A stretch of 64,000 bases of DNA from the human T2T-CHM13v2.0 reference genome, Homo sapiens. The notes under the pieces are model-generated. The model made no database searches and was not told where the DNA came from. It saw nothing but the letters and a program-made list of their open reading frames with translations. This document shows, one piece after another, positions 17,671-35,000 of the stretch. The DNA is taken from assembly GCF_009914755.1 (NCBI RefSeq), contig NC_060946.1, one strand, 5' to 3'. The position numbers and the translations under genes are program-made. Within the stretch, counting starts at the first letter, position 1. The number at the start of each line of letters is the position of its first letter.

Positions 17671-20600
17671 TGGAGCGTAGAGAAGATTTGAATTATTTGG
17701 GTGATCTGTGCAGAGATATATCACAAGGTCCCCTGTACAAAAAGCATGGAAATGATTTACATCACCTCGGTGATCAGTGCATAGGTATGTCAGAAATCCC
17801 CAGTAGGCTGAACCTAGACAAGGGTTACATTACTTAGGTGATCAGTGTAGAGATATGTGAAAATTCCGGTGTAGACAGAGCCTAGACAAGTGTTACATCA
17901 ACTAGTGATCAGCGCAGGGATAAGTCGTAAAGCCTCCCATAGGCAGAGTGTAGACAAGTGTTTCCTCCCTGGGGTGATCAGTGTAGAGATAGGTCACAAA
18001 GCCCCTGTAAGCAGTACCTTGACAAAAGTTACATCACCTGTTTGATCAGTGGAAATGTATATCACAAAGCCCCCTGTAGGCAAAGACCAGACAACAGTTA
18101 CATGACATGGGTGAGCAGTGGAGACATCTGTCACAATGCCCCTGTAGGCAGAGCATAGACAAGGGTTACATCACCTGAGTGATCAGTGAAGAGCTATGTC
18201 AAAACGCTCCTGTAGGCTGAACCTAGACAGGAGTTACATCACCCGGGTGATCAGTGCAGAGATATGTGAGAATTCCCGTGTAGGCAAAGTCTACACAAGT
18301 GTTACGTCACCTAGGTTATCAGTACAGGTTTAAGTCATAAAGCCTCCTGTAGGCAGAGCGTAGACAAGAGTTCCCTCCCCAGGGTGATCAGTGCAGAGAT
18401 GTGTCACAAAGCCCCTGTAGGCAGAGCCTAGACAAGAGTTTCATCACTTGGTTGATCAGTTCAGAGATGTGTCACAATGTCCATGTAGGCAGATCAAAGA
18501 CAATAGTCCATCACATGGGTGATCAGGGCAGAGATATGTACCAATATCCCCTGTAGGCAGTGCCTAGACAAGAGTTGCATCACCTCAGAGATCAGTGCAT
18601 AGATATGTCACAAAGCCTTCTGTAGGCAAAGCCCATACAAGGTTTACATCACCTAGGTGATCAGTGCAGTGATATGCCACACAATTCCCTGTAGACACAG
18701 ACTAGACAAGAGTTACATAACCTGGGTGATCCGTACAGATATTTGACACAATTCACCCATAGATAGAGCCTAGACAAGACTTCCATCACATGGGTGATCA
18801 GTGCAGAGATATGTCACAAATCCGCCTCTAGGCAGAGTATATAGAAGAGTCCCATCACCTGGGTGATCAGTGCAGAGATATTTCACAATGCCCCCTGTGG
18901 GCAGAGAGTGGACAAGAGTTACATAAGATAGGTGATCTGTGCAGAGCAATGTCAAAACGCCCCTGTAAGCAGAGCCTAGATAAATGTTACATCACCTGGG
19001 TGATCAGTGTGGAGATACGTCACAATACCCCCAGTAGGTGGAGTATAGACAAGTGTTACATCACCTTGGTGATCAGTACAGAAATATGTCACAAAGCCCC
19101 TGTAAGCAGAGCCTAAACAAGAGTAACATCACCTGGGTGATCAGTGCAGAAATATGTCACAAAGTCCCTGTGTGCCGAGCCTAGGCAAGAGTTACATCTC
19201 CTGGGTGATCAGAGCAAAGATATGTCACAAAGCCCCCTGTAGACAAATCCCAGAAAATTGTTGCATCACCTGGGTGATCCATGGAGATATCTGTCTCAAT
19301 TCCCCTTTAAGCGCAGCTTAGACAAGCGTTACATCACATGAGTGATCAGTGCGGATATATGTCACTTTGCCCCCATAGGCAGATCCAAGACAAGAGTCCA
19401 TCACCAGGGTGATCAGTGAAGAAATATGCCACAATGCCGCCAGTAGGCAGATATAGACAAGAGTTACATCACCTGCGTGATCACTGCAGAGATATGTCAC
19501 AATGCACCTGTAGGCAGAGCCTAGACAAGAGTCCCATCACCTGGGTGATCAGTGCAGAGTTATGTCGCAATACCCCCTTTTGGCAGATCCTAGACAATGG
19601 TTACATCACCTGGGTGATCAGTGAAGAGATGTGTCACAAGCCCCTGTAGCCAGAGCCTAGACATGAGTTACATCAGCTGTGTGATCAGTGCAGTGACATG
19701 TCACAATGTCCCTGTAGCCATATCCTGGACAAAAGTGACATCACCTGGATGATCAGTGTGGAGATATGTCACAATGTCTCCAGTAGGGAGAGCCTAGACA
19801 AGAGTTACATCACCTGGGTGATCCGGGCAGAGATATGTCACAATGCCCCCTGTAAGGAGATCAGAGGCAAGAGTTAAATCACCTCAGTGATCAGTGCACA
19901 GATATGTCTCAATGCCCCCTGTCCGCGAAGCCTATAGAAGAGTTACATCATCTCGGTGACCAGTGCAATGATATGTTAAAATGCCCCTGTAGGCAGAGCC
20001 TGGACAAGAGTTACATCACCTGGGTGATCAGTGCAGAGATATCTCCCAATACACCCTGTAAGCAGAGCCTAGACAAGAGTTACATCACCTGGGTGATCAG
20101 TGCAGATATGTCATAAATCCCACTGTAGGCAAAGCCTAGACAAGTTTTACATCACCTAAGGGATCAGTGCAGAGATATGTCCCAATGTCCCTCTAGGCAG
20201 AGCTTAGACAAGAGTCACATCTCCTGGGTGATCAGTGCAGAGATAAGTCACAATGCCCTCATAGGCAGAGGCTAGACAACAGTTACACAACACGGGTGAT
20301 CCGTGCAGAGTGATGTCACAACGCCCTCTGTAGGCAGAGACTAGAAAAGAGTTACATCACCTGGGTGATCAGTGCAGAAATGTGTCACAATGTCCCCTGT
20401 AGGCTGAGCATAGAGAAGAGTTGCATCACCTCTGTGATCAGTGCAGAGATATGTCACAATGTCCCCTGTAGACAGAGCATAGGGAAGAGTTGCATCACCT
20501 GGGTGGTCAGTGAAGAGATATGTCACAATGTCCCAAGTAGGCAAAGCCTAGGCAAGAGTTACATGACCTTTGTCATCAGTTCAGGGATATGTGAAAACGC

Positions 20601-23600
20601 CCCTGTAGGCCGGGCCTGGACAAGTGTTACATCCCCTAGTTGATCAGTGCAGAGATATTTCACAATACACCCTGTAGGCAGATCCTAGTCAAGAGTTGAA
20701 TCACCTGGGTGATCAGTGCAGAGATATTTCACAATGCCCCCTTTGGGCAGAGGATAGACAAGAGTTACATCACCAAGGTGATCAGTACAGAGAGTTGTCA
20801 AAATTCCCTATAAGCAGTGATTATAAAAGTGTTACATCACCTAAGTGATCAGTTCAGAGATATGTCACCAAGCTCCTGTAGGCAGAACTTAGATGAGTTA
20901 CGTCACCTGAGTGATCAGTGCAAAGGTATGTCAAAAGCCCCCTGTAGGCAGTCTAGACAATAGTTACATCACTTGGGTGATCAGTGGCGAGATCACTGAC
21001 AATTCCCCTGTAGGCAGAGCTTATACAACCTTTACATCACCTGGGTGATCAGTGCAGAGATATGTCCCAATGCCCCCATAGGCAGATCCAAGACAAGAGT
21101 CCGTCACCTGGGTGATCAGTGCAGAAATATGTCACAATGCCCCCTTAGGCAGAGCCTAGACAAAAGCCCCATCACCTGGATGATCAGTGCAGAGATATGT
21201 CACAATGCCACTGTAGGCAGAGCCTAGACAAGTGTTACCTGACCTAGGTGATCAGTGCAGAGATACATCGCAATGTCCCTGTAGGCAGAGCCCTGACAAG
21301 TGGTACATCACCTGTGTGATCATTGCAGGGATATGTCACAAAGCACGCTGTAGGCAGATCCTAGAACAGAGTTACATCACTTGGGTGATCAGTGCAGAGA
21401 TATGTCACAATGCCACTGTGGGCAGAGCCTAGACAAGAATTACATGACCTAGGTGGTCAGTACAGAGATACATCCCAATGCCCCTGTAGACAGAGCCTTG
21501 ACAGGTAGTATATCACCTGAGTGATCATTTCAGGGATATGTCACAAAGAACCCTATAGACAGATCCTAGAGAAGAGTTATATCTCCTGGGTGATCAGTGC
21601 AGAGATATGTCACAATGCTGTGTACCCGGAGCCTAGACTAAATTTACAGCACCTGGGAGATCAGTGCAGAGACACGTCACAATGTCCCCAGTAGCCAGAG
21701 ACCAGGCAAGAGTTGCATCACCTCAGGATCAGTGGAGAGATACGTCTCAATCCCCCAGTGGGCACAGCCTAGACAAGAGTTACATCACCTCGGTTAAACA
21801 GTGCAGGGATACGTCAAAATGCCCCTGTAGGCAGAGCCTACACAAGAGTTACATCACTTAGGTGATCACTGCAGAGATATGTCACAAAACCCCCTGTAAG
21901 CAGAACCTAGACAAGAGTTACATCACCTGGGTGATCAGTGCAGGGATATGTGAGAATTCCCGTGTAGGCAGAGCCTAGAGAAGAGTTACATCACCTAGGT
22001 TATCAGTGCAGGTATAAGTCATAAAGCCTCCTGTACGCAGAGTGTAGACAAGAGTTTCGTCCCCAGGGTGATCAGTGCAGAGATGTGTCACAAAGCCCCC
22101 GTAGGCAGAGCCTAGACAAGAGTTTCATCACTTGGTTGATCAGTTCAGAGACGTGTCACAATATCCATGTAGCAGATCTAAGACAAGAGTCCATCACCTG
22201 GGTGATCAGTGCAAAGATATGTACCAATGTCCCCTGTAGACAAATCTCAGAAAATTGTTACATCAGCTGGGTGAACAATGGAGATATCTGTCACAATTCC
22301 CCTTTAGGCGCAGCTTAGACAAGCTTTACATCACATGAGTGATCAGTGCAGAGACATGTCACTATGCCCCCATAGGCAGATCCAAGACAAGAGTCCATCA
22401 CCTGGGTGATCAGTGCAGAGTTATGTCACAATGCCCCCTTTCGGCATAGCCTAGAAAATGGTTCCAACACCTGGGTGATCAGTGCAGAGATGTGTCACAA
22501 GACCCCTGTATCCAGAGCCTAGACAAGTGTTACATCAGCTGTGTGATTAGTGCAGTGACATGTCACAATGTCTCTCTGGCCATATCCTTGACAAAAGTGA
22601 AATCACCTGGGTGATCAGTGCGGAGATACATCACAATGCCTCCAGTAGGCAGAGCCTAGACAAGTGTTACATCACCTGGGTGATCAGGGCAGAGATATGT
22701 CACAATGCCCCCTGTAAGCAGATCCCAGACAAAGTTGCATCACCTCGGTGATCAGTGCAGAGATATGTCCCAATGCCCCCCGTCGGCGAAGCCTATACAA
22801 GAGTACATCATCTCGGTGATCAGTGCAGTGATATGTGAAAATGCCTTTGTAGGCAGAGCCTACAAAAGAGTTACATCGCCTGAGTGATCAATGCAGAGAT
22901 TTGTCACAATGCCCCCTGTAGGCAGAGCATAGAGAATAGTTGCATCACATGGGTGATCAGTACAGAGATATGTCACAATGTCCCCTGTAGGCAGAGCATA
23001 GAGAAGAGTTGCATTACCTAGGTGATCAGCGCAGAGACATTTCACAATGTCCCCTGTAGGCAAAGCCTAGGAAAGAGTTGCATCTCCTGGGTTATCAGTG
23101 CAGATATATGTCACAATGTCCCCTGTAGGCAAAGCCTAGGCAAGAGTTACATCACCTTTGTCATCAGTTCAGGGATATTTGAAAACGTCCCTGTAGGCAG
23201 AGCTTAGAAAATAGTTACACTACCTAGTTGATCAGCGCAGAGATATATCACAATAACCCCTGTAGGCAGATCCTAGACAAGGGTTGAATCACCTGGGTGT
23301 TCAGTGCACAGATATTTCACAATGCCCCCTTGGGCAGAGGGTAGACAGCAGTTACATCACCTAGGTGATCAGTGCAGAGATTTGTCAAAATTCCCTGTAG
23401 GCAGTGCTTATAAAAGTGTTACATCACCTAAGTGATCAGTGCAGAGATATGTCACAAAGCTCCCATAGGCAGAACTTAGATGAGTTACATCACCTTGGTG
23501 ATCAGTGCAAAGGTATGTCACAAAGCGCCCTGTAGGCAAAGCCTAGACAATAGTTACATCACTTGGGTGATCAGTGGCGAGATCTCTCACAATTCCCCTG

Positions 23601-26600
23601 TTGGCAGAGCTTATACAACAATTACATCACCTGGGTGATCAGTGCAGAGATATGTCACAGTGACCCCATAGGCACATCCAAGACAAGAGTCCATCACCTG
23701 GGTGATCAGTGCAGAAATATGTCACAATGCCCCCTTAGGCAGAGCCTAGACAAAAGCCCCATCACCTGGATGATCAGTGCAGAATTATGTCACAAAGTCC
23801 CTTTAGGCAGATCCTAGACAAGAGTTACATCTCTTGGATGATCAGTGTAGAGATATGTCACAATACCACTGTAGGCAGAGCCGAGACAAGGGTTACATGA
23901 CCTAGGTGATCACAGCAGAGATACATTGCAATGTTCCTGTAGGCAGAGCCTTGAGAAGTGGTATATCACATGGGTGACCATTGCAGGTGTATGTCACAAA
24001 GCACCCTTTAGGCAGATCCTAGAGAAGAGTTATATCACCTGGGTGATCAGTGCAGAGATATGTCAAAGGCACCCTGTAGGCAGAGCCTAGACAAGAGTTA
24101 TATCACCTGGGTGATCAGTGCAGAGATACGTCACAATGTCCCCAGTAGGCAGAGACCAGGCAAGGGTTGGATCACCTCGGGAGCAGTGCGGAGATATGTC
24201 TCAATCCCCCAGTGGGCACAGCCTAGACAAGAGTTACATCACCTCGGTTAACAGTGCAGAGATATGTCAAAATGCCTCAGTAGGCAGAGCCTACACAAGT
24301 GTTACATCCCTTAGGTGATCAGTGCAGAGATATGTCACAATACCCCCTGTAAGCACAGCCTAGACAAGAGTTACATCACCTGGGTGATCAGTGCAGAGAT
24401 AGGTGACAAGGCCCCTTGAAGCAGAGCCTAGACAATAGTTATATCACCTGAGTGATCAGTGCGGAGATTTGTCACCATGCCCCTTTAGGCAGAGCTTAAC
24501 TAGAGTTACATCACCACGGTGATCAGTGCAGAGATATGTCACAATGCCCCCATAGGCAAATCCAAGACAACCGTCCGACACATGGGTGATCAGTGGAGAC
24601 ATATGTGACAATGCTCCCAGTAGGCAGAGCCTAGAGAAGAGTCCCATCACCTGGGTGGTCAGTGCAGAGATATGTCACAATGCCCCCATACTCAGAGCCT
24701 AGACAAGAGTCCCATCACCTGGGTGATCAGTGCAGAAATATGTCACAATGCCCCCATAGGCAGATCCAACACAATAGTTACATCACCTGGGTAATCAGTG
24801 CAGAGATATGTCATAAATCCCACTGTAGGCAAAGCATAGACAAATTTTACATCACCTCAGCGATCAGTGCAGAGATATGTCCCAGTGTCCCTCTAGGCAG
24901 AGTTTAGACAAAAGTCACATCTCCTGGGTTATCAGTGCAGAGATAAGTCACAATACCCCCATGGGCAGAGCCTAGACAAGAGTTACATAACCCGGGTGAT
25001 CCATGCAGAGTGATGTCAAAACACCCTCTGTAGGCGGAGACTAGAAAAGAGTTACAGCACCTGGGTTATCAGTGCAGAGATATGGCAAAATGCCCCCTGT
25101 AGGCAGAGCACAGACAAGAGTTGCATCACCTGGGTGATCACTACAGAGATATGTCACAATGTCCCCTGTAGGCAGAGCATAGGGAAGAGTTTCATCACCT
25201 GGGTGATCATCAGTGCAGTGATATGTCACAATGTCCCCTGTAGGCAAAGCCTAGGCAACTGTTACATCACCTTGGTAATCATTTCAGGGATATTTTAAAA
25301 CGCCTCCGTAGGCAGAGCCTAGACAAGAGTTGAATCACCTGGGTGATCAGTGCAGAGATATTTCACAATGCCCCCTTTGGGCAGAGGTTAGGCAAGAGTT
25401 ACATCACCTAGGTGATCGGTGCAGAGATTTGTCCAAAATCTCTGTAGGCAGTGCTTATAAAAGTGTTACATCACCTTAGTGATCAGTGCAGAGATATGTC
25501 ACAAAGCTCCTGTAGGCAGAACATAGATGAGTTACATCAACGGGGTCATCAGTGCAAAGTTATGTCAAAAAGCCCCCTGAAGGCAAAGCCTAGACAATAG
25601 TTACATCACTTGGGTGATCAGTGGCGAGATCTCTCACAATTCCCCTGTAGGCAGCGCTTATACAACAGTTACATCACCTGGGTGATCAGTGCAGAGATAT
25701 GTCACAATGCCCCCATAGGCACATCCAAGACAAGACTCCGTCACCTGGGTGGTCAGTGCAGAAGCATGTCACAATGCCCCCTTAGGCAGACCCTAGACAA
25801 AAGCCCCATCACCTGGATTATCAGTGTAGAGTTATGTCACAAAGTCCCTTTAGGCAGATCCTAGACAATAGTTACATCACTTGGATGATCAGTGCGGAGA
25901 TATATCACAATGCCACTGTAGGCAGAGCTGAGACAAGAGTTACATGACATAGGTGATCAGTGCAGAGATACATCGCAATGCCCCTGTAGGCAGAGACTTG
26001 ACAAGTGGTACATCACCTGGGTGATCATTGCAGGGATATGTCACAAAGCACCCTGTAGGTAGAACCTAGACAAGAGTTATATCACCTGGGTGATAAGTGC
26101 AGTGATATGTCACAATGCCGTGTAGCCAGAGCCTAGACTAAAGTTGCAGCACCTGGGAGATCAGTGCAGCGATATGTCACAATATCCCCAGTAGGCAGAG
26201 ACCAGGCAAGATTTGGGTCACCTAGGAATCAGTGCAGAGATATATCTCAATCCCACTGTGGGCACAGCCTAGACAAGAGTTACATCACCTCGGTTAACAG
26301 TGCAGAGATATGTTAAAATGCCCCTGTAGGCAGAGCCTACACAAGTTTTACATCACTTAGGTGATCAATGCAGAGATATGTCACAATAACCCCTGTAAGC
26401 AGAGCCTAGACAAGAGTCACATCACCTGGGTGATCATTGCAGAGGTATGTGTCATTGCCCCTTTAAGCAGAGCCTGGACAATAGTTACATCACCTGAGTG
26501 ATCAGTGCAGAGATCTGTCACAATGACCCTTTAGGCAGAGCTTCTACCAGAATTACATCACCTGGGTGATCACGGCAGTGATATCTCACAATGCCCCTAT

Positions 26601-27200
26601 AGGCAAACCCAATAAAAGATAATGTCACCTGTGTGATCAATGCAAAAATATGTGACAATGCCGCCAATAGGCAGAGCCTAGAGAAGAGTCCCATCACCTG
26701 GGTGATCAGTGCAGAGATATTTCACAATGCCCCTGCAGGCAGAGCATAAGCAAGTGTTACATCACCTAGATGATCAGTGCAGAGATATGTCACTAGGCCC
26801 CCTATACGCAGAGCCTGGAGAAGGGTTACATCACCTCGGTGATTTATGAAGTGATATATCACTATGCCCCATAGGCAGAGCCTAGTCAAGCGTTACATCA
26901 CCTGGGTAATCAGTGCAGAGTTATGTCGCAAAGCCCCCATACACAGAATCTAGACAAGAGTCCCATCACCCGGATGATCAGTGCAGAAATATGTCACAAT
27001 TCCCCCCATAGGCAGATCCAACACAAGAGTTACATCACCTGGGTGATCAGTGTAGAGATATGTCACAATGCCCCCATAGGCAGAGCCTAGACAAAACTCC
27101 CATCACATGGGTAATCAGTGCAGAGATATGTCAAAAAGCCCCTGTAGGCAGAGCCTAGACAAGTGTTACATCACTTTGTTGATCAGTTCAGAGATGTGTA
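17611..27200. repeat. Beta satellite block 3 (~140 monomers)
   Basis: Continuous 68-bp monomers with internally repeated multi-monomer blocks. Confidence 0.97.
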
Positions 27201-27815
27201 AGGCTGACCGTTTGCTCCCGGAGCTCTGTGGGCACTGGGAAACATGTAGGGAAGGGTGGAAGTCTGGCATGGTGCCTTAGCTCTCCTTGCCAGTTTCCAA
27301 ACCGGCCACACTGCAGACTCCCCATGTTGCCGCACACGGGAATCCATCGTCAGGCCATCACGCCGGGGAGGCATCTCCTCTCTGGGGTCCCGCTCTGGTC
27401 TCCTACGTGGAAATGAACGAGATCCACCCGCCTGCGTGTGTGAGACTGTCTTGGCAATGACGACACCCACAGGCACTGCCTCCTTCACGGAGAGAGGGCC
27501 TGGAACTCTCAAGACTCCCACGCAGGTTCAGTTCCACACTCCCCTCCTCCCTCCCAGGCTGGTTTCTCCCTGATGACTACACGTGGGAGCCCAGAGAGCA
27601 GCTTCCAGTTCCCGCGGTATTCCTGGTGAGGTCCAGAGAGCCAGCCCCTGAAACGCGACTCCTCACCACTTACCCCTCGCCCCGTTCCTCTTCGTCTCTC
27701 CGGCCCCATCACCAACATCACCACGCCATCACATCCCACAGCAACAGCCCCCGTCCGCAGGCCTCGACGCCCTGGGACCCTTCCAGGGTGGGGCAGGCTG
27801 CCCCAGTTCTCACCG

Positions 27816-29265
<1,450 letters not shown>

Positions 29266-29974
29266 TTCACAGAGTTGGGACGGGGTTGGGTCGGGGCAGG
29301 GCGGTGACCTCTCTTTCGTGGGGAACACCTGGCTGGCTATGGAGTGGCGTGTCTTCCCCCAGCCCCCTCCACCAGGGTGACAGGCCTGGGATTCCTGCCT
29401 TCTAGGTCTAGGCCCGGTGAGAGAGTCCACACAGCGGAGAACTGCCATTCTTTCCTGAGCATCCTGGGGATCTCAGAGCCGACCCAGGTACCAGCAAGTG
29501 GGCCGCCTACTGCACACGCGCGGGTTTATGGGCAGCCGCCTGGGCTGTGGGAGCAGCCTGGCAGAAGCTCTCATGCCTTTCCACAACACCACCCCCGCCT
29601 GACCAGCCCCACCCCACCCCCAAATCCCACCCCCGGAAATCGCGTCCTCCCATGGGCTGGGTGGAGACCCACGTCCGGTGAAACACCGAGCCCATGCAGC
29701 ATCCAGGTCTGACACCCCTCCAGCGGCTCGCCTCCTCTGCACCTCCGCACCACCATCGCCGGCCAGCCCGTGCCCCTGCAGCCTCACAGCTGCCACCATG
29801 GAGAGCCTGGCGGTGGAACGCACACGTCTAGCTCTCTTTGCTGGCCTCCTGGCTAGACCTGCACTCATTGCGCACCCCGGCTGATGTGGAAGGAGACCGC
29901 TGGCCTCTCCGTGCCCTTGTCTGTCTGAGAAATTCCGGCTGAGGCTCTCCCAAAACCTTGCGACGCTCTTTAGT

Positions 29975-32002
<2,028 letters not shown>

Positions 32003-32007
32003 TGACT

Positions 32008-35000
32008 CAACGCGAGTGGAATGAAATGGAATGTAATGCAATGGAACTGAGTGGAATCAACCTGAGTGGAATGGAATGGAATGGAATGGCATGGAATCAA
32101 CCCGAGAGGAAAGGAATGGAATGGAATGGAGTGGAATGGAATGTAATGAAATGGAATGGAATGGAATGGAATCAACACGAATGGAATGGAACGGAATGGA
32201 ATGGGATGGGATGGAATGGAATGGAATGGAAGTTAATCAACACGAATGGAATGGAACGGAATGGAATGGAATGGAATGGAATGGAATGGAATGGAATGGA
32301 ATGAAATGAAAAGGAACGGAATGGAATCAACAGGAGTGGAATGGAATGGAACGGAATGGAATCAACCAGAGTGGAATGAAATGGAATGTAATGCAATGGG
32401 ATGGAGTGGAATCAACCCGAGTGGAATGCAATGGAATGGAATGGAATGGAATGAAATGGAATGGATCGGAATGGAATCCAATGGAATCAACTGGAATTCA
32501 ATGGAATGGAATGGAATGGAATAAATCCGGGTGGAGTGGAAAGGAATGTAATGGAGTGGAATGTAGTGGAATTTAGTGGAATGGAATGGAATGGAATGGA
32601 ATGGAATGAAATGGATTGGATCGGAATGGAATCCAATGGAATCAACTGGAATGGAATGGAATGGAATGGAATGGAATAAATCCGGGTGGAGTGGAATGGA
32701 ATGTAATGGAGTGGAATGGAATGGAATTTAGTGGAATGGAATGGAATGGAATAGAATGGAATGGAATGGAATGGAATGGAATGGAATGGAATGGAATCAA
32801 CACGAATGGAATGGAAAGGAATGGAATGGAATGGAATGGAATGGAATGGAATGGAATGGAATGGAATCAACACAAATGGGATGGCATGGAATGGAATGGA
32901 ATGGAATGGAATGGAATGGAATGGAATGGAATCAACCCAAGTGCAATGGAATGGAATGGAATGCAATGGAATCCACCCGAGTGGAATGGAATGGAATGGA
33001 ATGGAATGGACTTGAATGGAATGGAGTGGAAAGGAACGGAATGGAGTGGAATGGAATAAACACCAGGGGAATGAAATGGATTGGAATAAAATGGAATGGA
33101 ATGGAATGGAATGGAATGAAATCAAACGGAGTGGAATGGAACGGAATGGAATGTAATGGAAAGGAATGAATGGAATGGAATGGTGTGGAATCAACACGAG
33201 AGGAACTGAATGGAATGGAATGGAACGGAACGGAATAGAAAGGAATGGAATGGAATGAACCCGAATGGAATGGAATGGATTGGAATGGAATGGAAAGGAA
33301 TCAACCCGATCGGAAAGGCATGGAATGGAATGGAGTGCAATGGATTGGAATGCAATGGAATGGAATGGAATGGAATGGAATGGAATGGAAGTTAATCAAC
33401 ACGAATGGAATGCAATGGAATGGAAAGCGATGGGATGGAATGGAATGGAATGGAAGTTAATCAACACGAATGGAATGGAACGGAATGGAATGGAATGGAA
33501 TGGAATTGAATGGAATGGAATGGAATGGAAAGGAATGGAATGGAATGGAATGAAATGGAAAGGAACGGAATGGAATCAACACGAGTGGAATGGAATGGAA
33601 CGGAATGGAATCAACCCGAGTGGAATGAAATGGAATGTAATGCAATGGGATGGAGTGGAATCAACCCGAGTGGAATGGAATGGAATGGAATGGAATGGAA
33701 TGGAATGGATTGGAATGGAATGGAATGGAATGGAATGGAATGGAATGAAATGGAATGGATCGGAATGGAATCGAATGGAATCAACTGGAATGGAATGGAA
33801 TGGAATGGAATGGAATGGAATGGAATAAATCCGGGTGGAGTGGAATGGAATGTAATGGAGTGGAATGTAATGGAATTTAGTGGAATGGAATGGAATGGAA
33901 TGGAATGAAATGGATTGGATCGGAATGGAATCCAATGGAATCAACTGGAATGGAATGGAATGGAATGGAATAAATCCAGTGGAGTCGAATGGAATGTAAT
34001 GGAGGGGAATGGAATGGAATTTAGTGGAATGGAATGGAATGGAATGGAATGGAATGGAATGGAATGGAATGGAATGGAATCAACACGAATGGAATGGAAC
34101 GGAACGGAATGGAATGGAATGGAATGGAATGGAATGGAATGGAATGTAAAGGAATGGAATCAACCCGAATGGGATGGCATGGAATGGAATGGAATGGAAT
34201 GGAATGGAATGGAATGGAATGGAATGGAATGGAATCAACCCAAGTGCAATGGAATGGAATGGAATGCAATGGAATCCACCCGAGTGGAATGGAATGGAAT
34301 GGAATGGAATGGAATGGAATGGAATGGAATAGAATGGAATGGAGTGGAATGGAATAAACACCAGGGGAATGAAATGGATTGGAATGGAATGGAATGGAAT
34401 GGAATGGAATGGAATGGATTCAACCCGAGTGGAATAGAACGGAATGGAATGGAATGGAAAGGAATGAATGGAATGGAATGGTGTGGAATCAACACGAGAG
34501 GAATGGAATGGAATGGAATGGTACGGAACGGAATGGAAAGGAATGGAATGGAATGAACCCGAATGGAATGGAATGGATTGGAATGGAATGGAATGGAAAC
34601 AACCCGAGCAGAAAGGAATGGAATGGAATGGAGTGGAATGGAATGTAATGGAATGGAATGGAATGGAATGGAATCAACACGAATGGAATGGAACGGAATG
34701 GAATGGGATGGGATGGAATGGAATGGATTGGAAGTTAATCAACACGAATGGAATGGAACGGAATGGAATGGAATGGAATGGAATGGAATGAAATGGAATA
34801 GAATGGAATGGAATAAATCCGGGTGGAGTGGAATGGAACGTAATGGAGTGGAATGGAATGGAATTTAGGGCAATGGAATGCAATGGAATCAACACGAATG
34901 GAATGAAACGGAATGGAATGGGACGGGATGGAATGGAATGGAATGGAAGTTAATCACCACGAATGGAATGGAATGGAATGGAATGGAATGAACCCGAATG

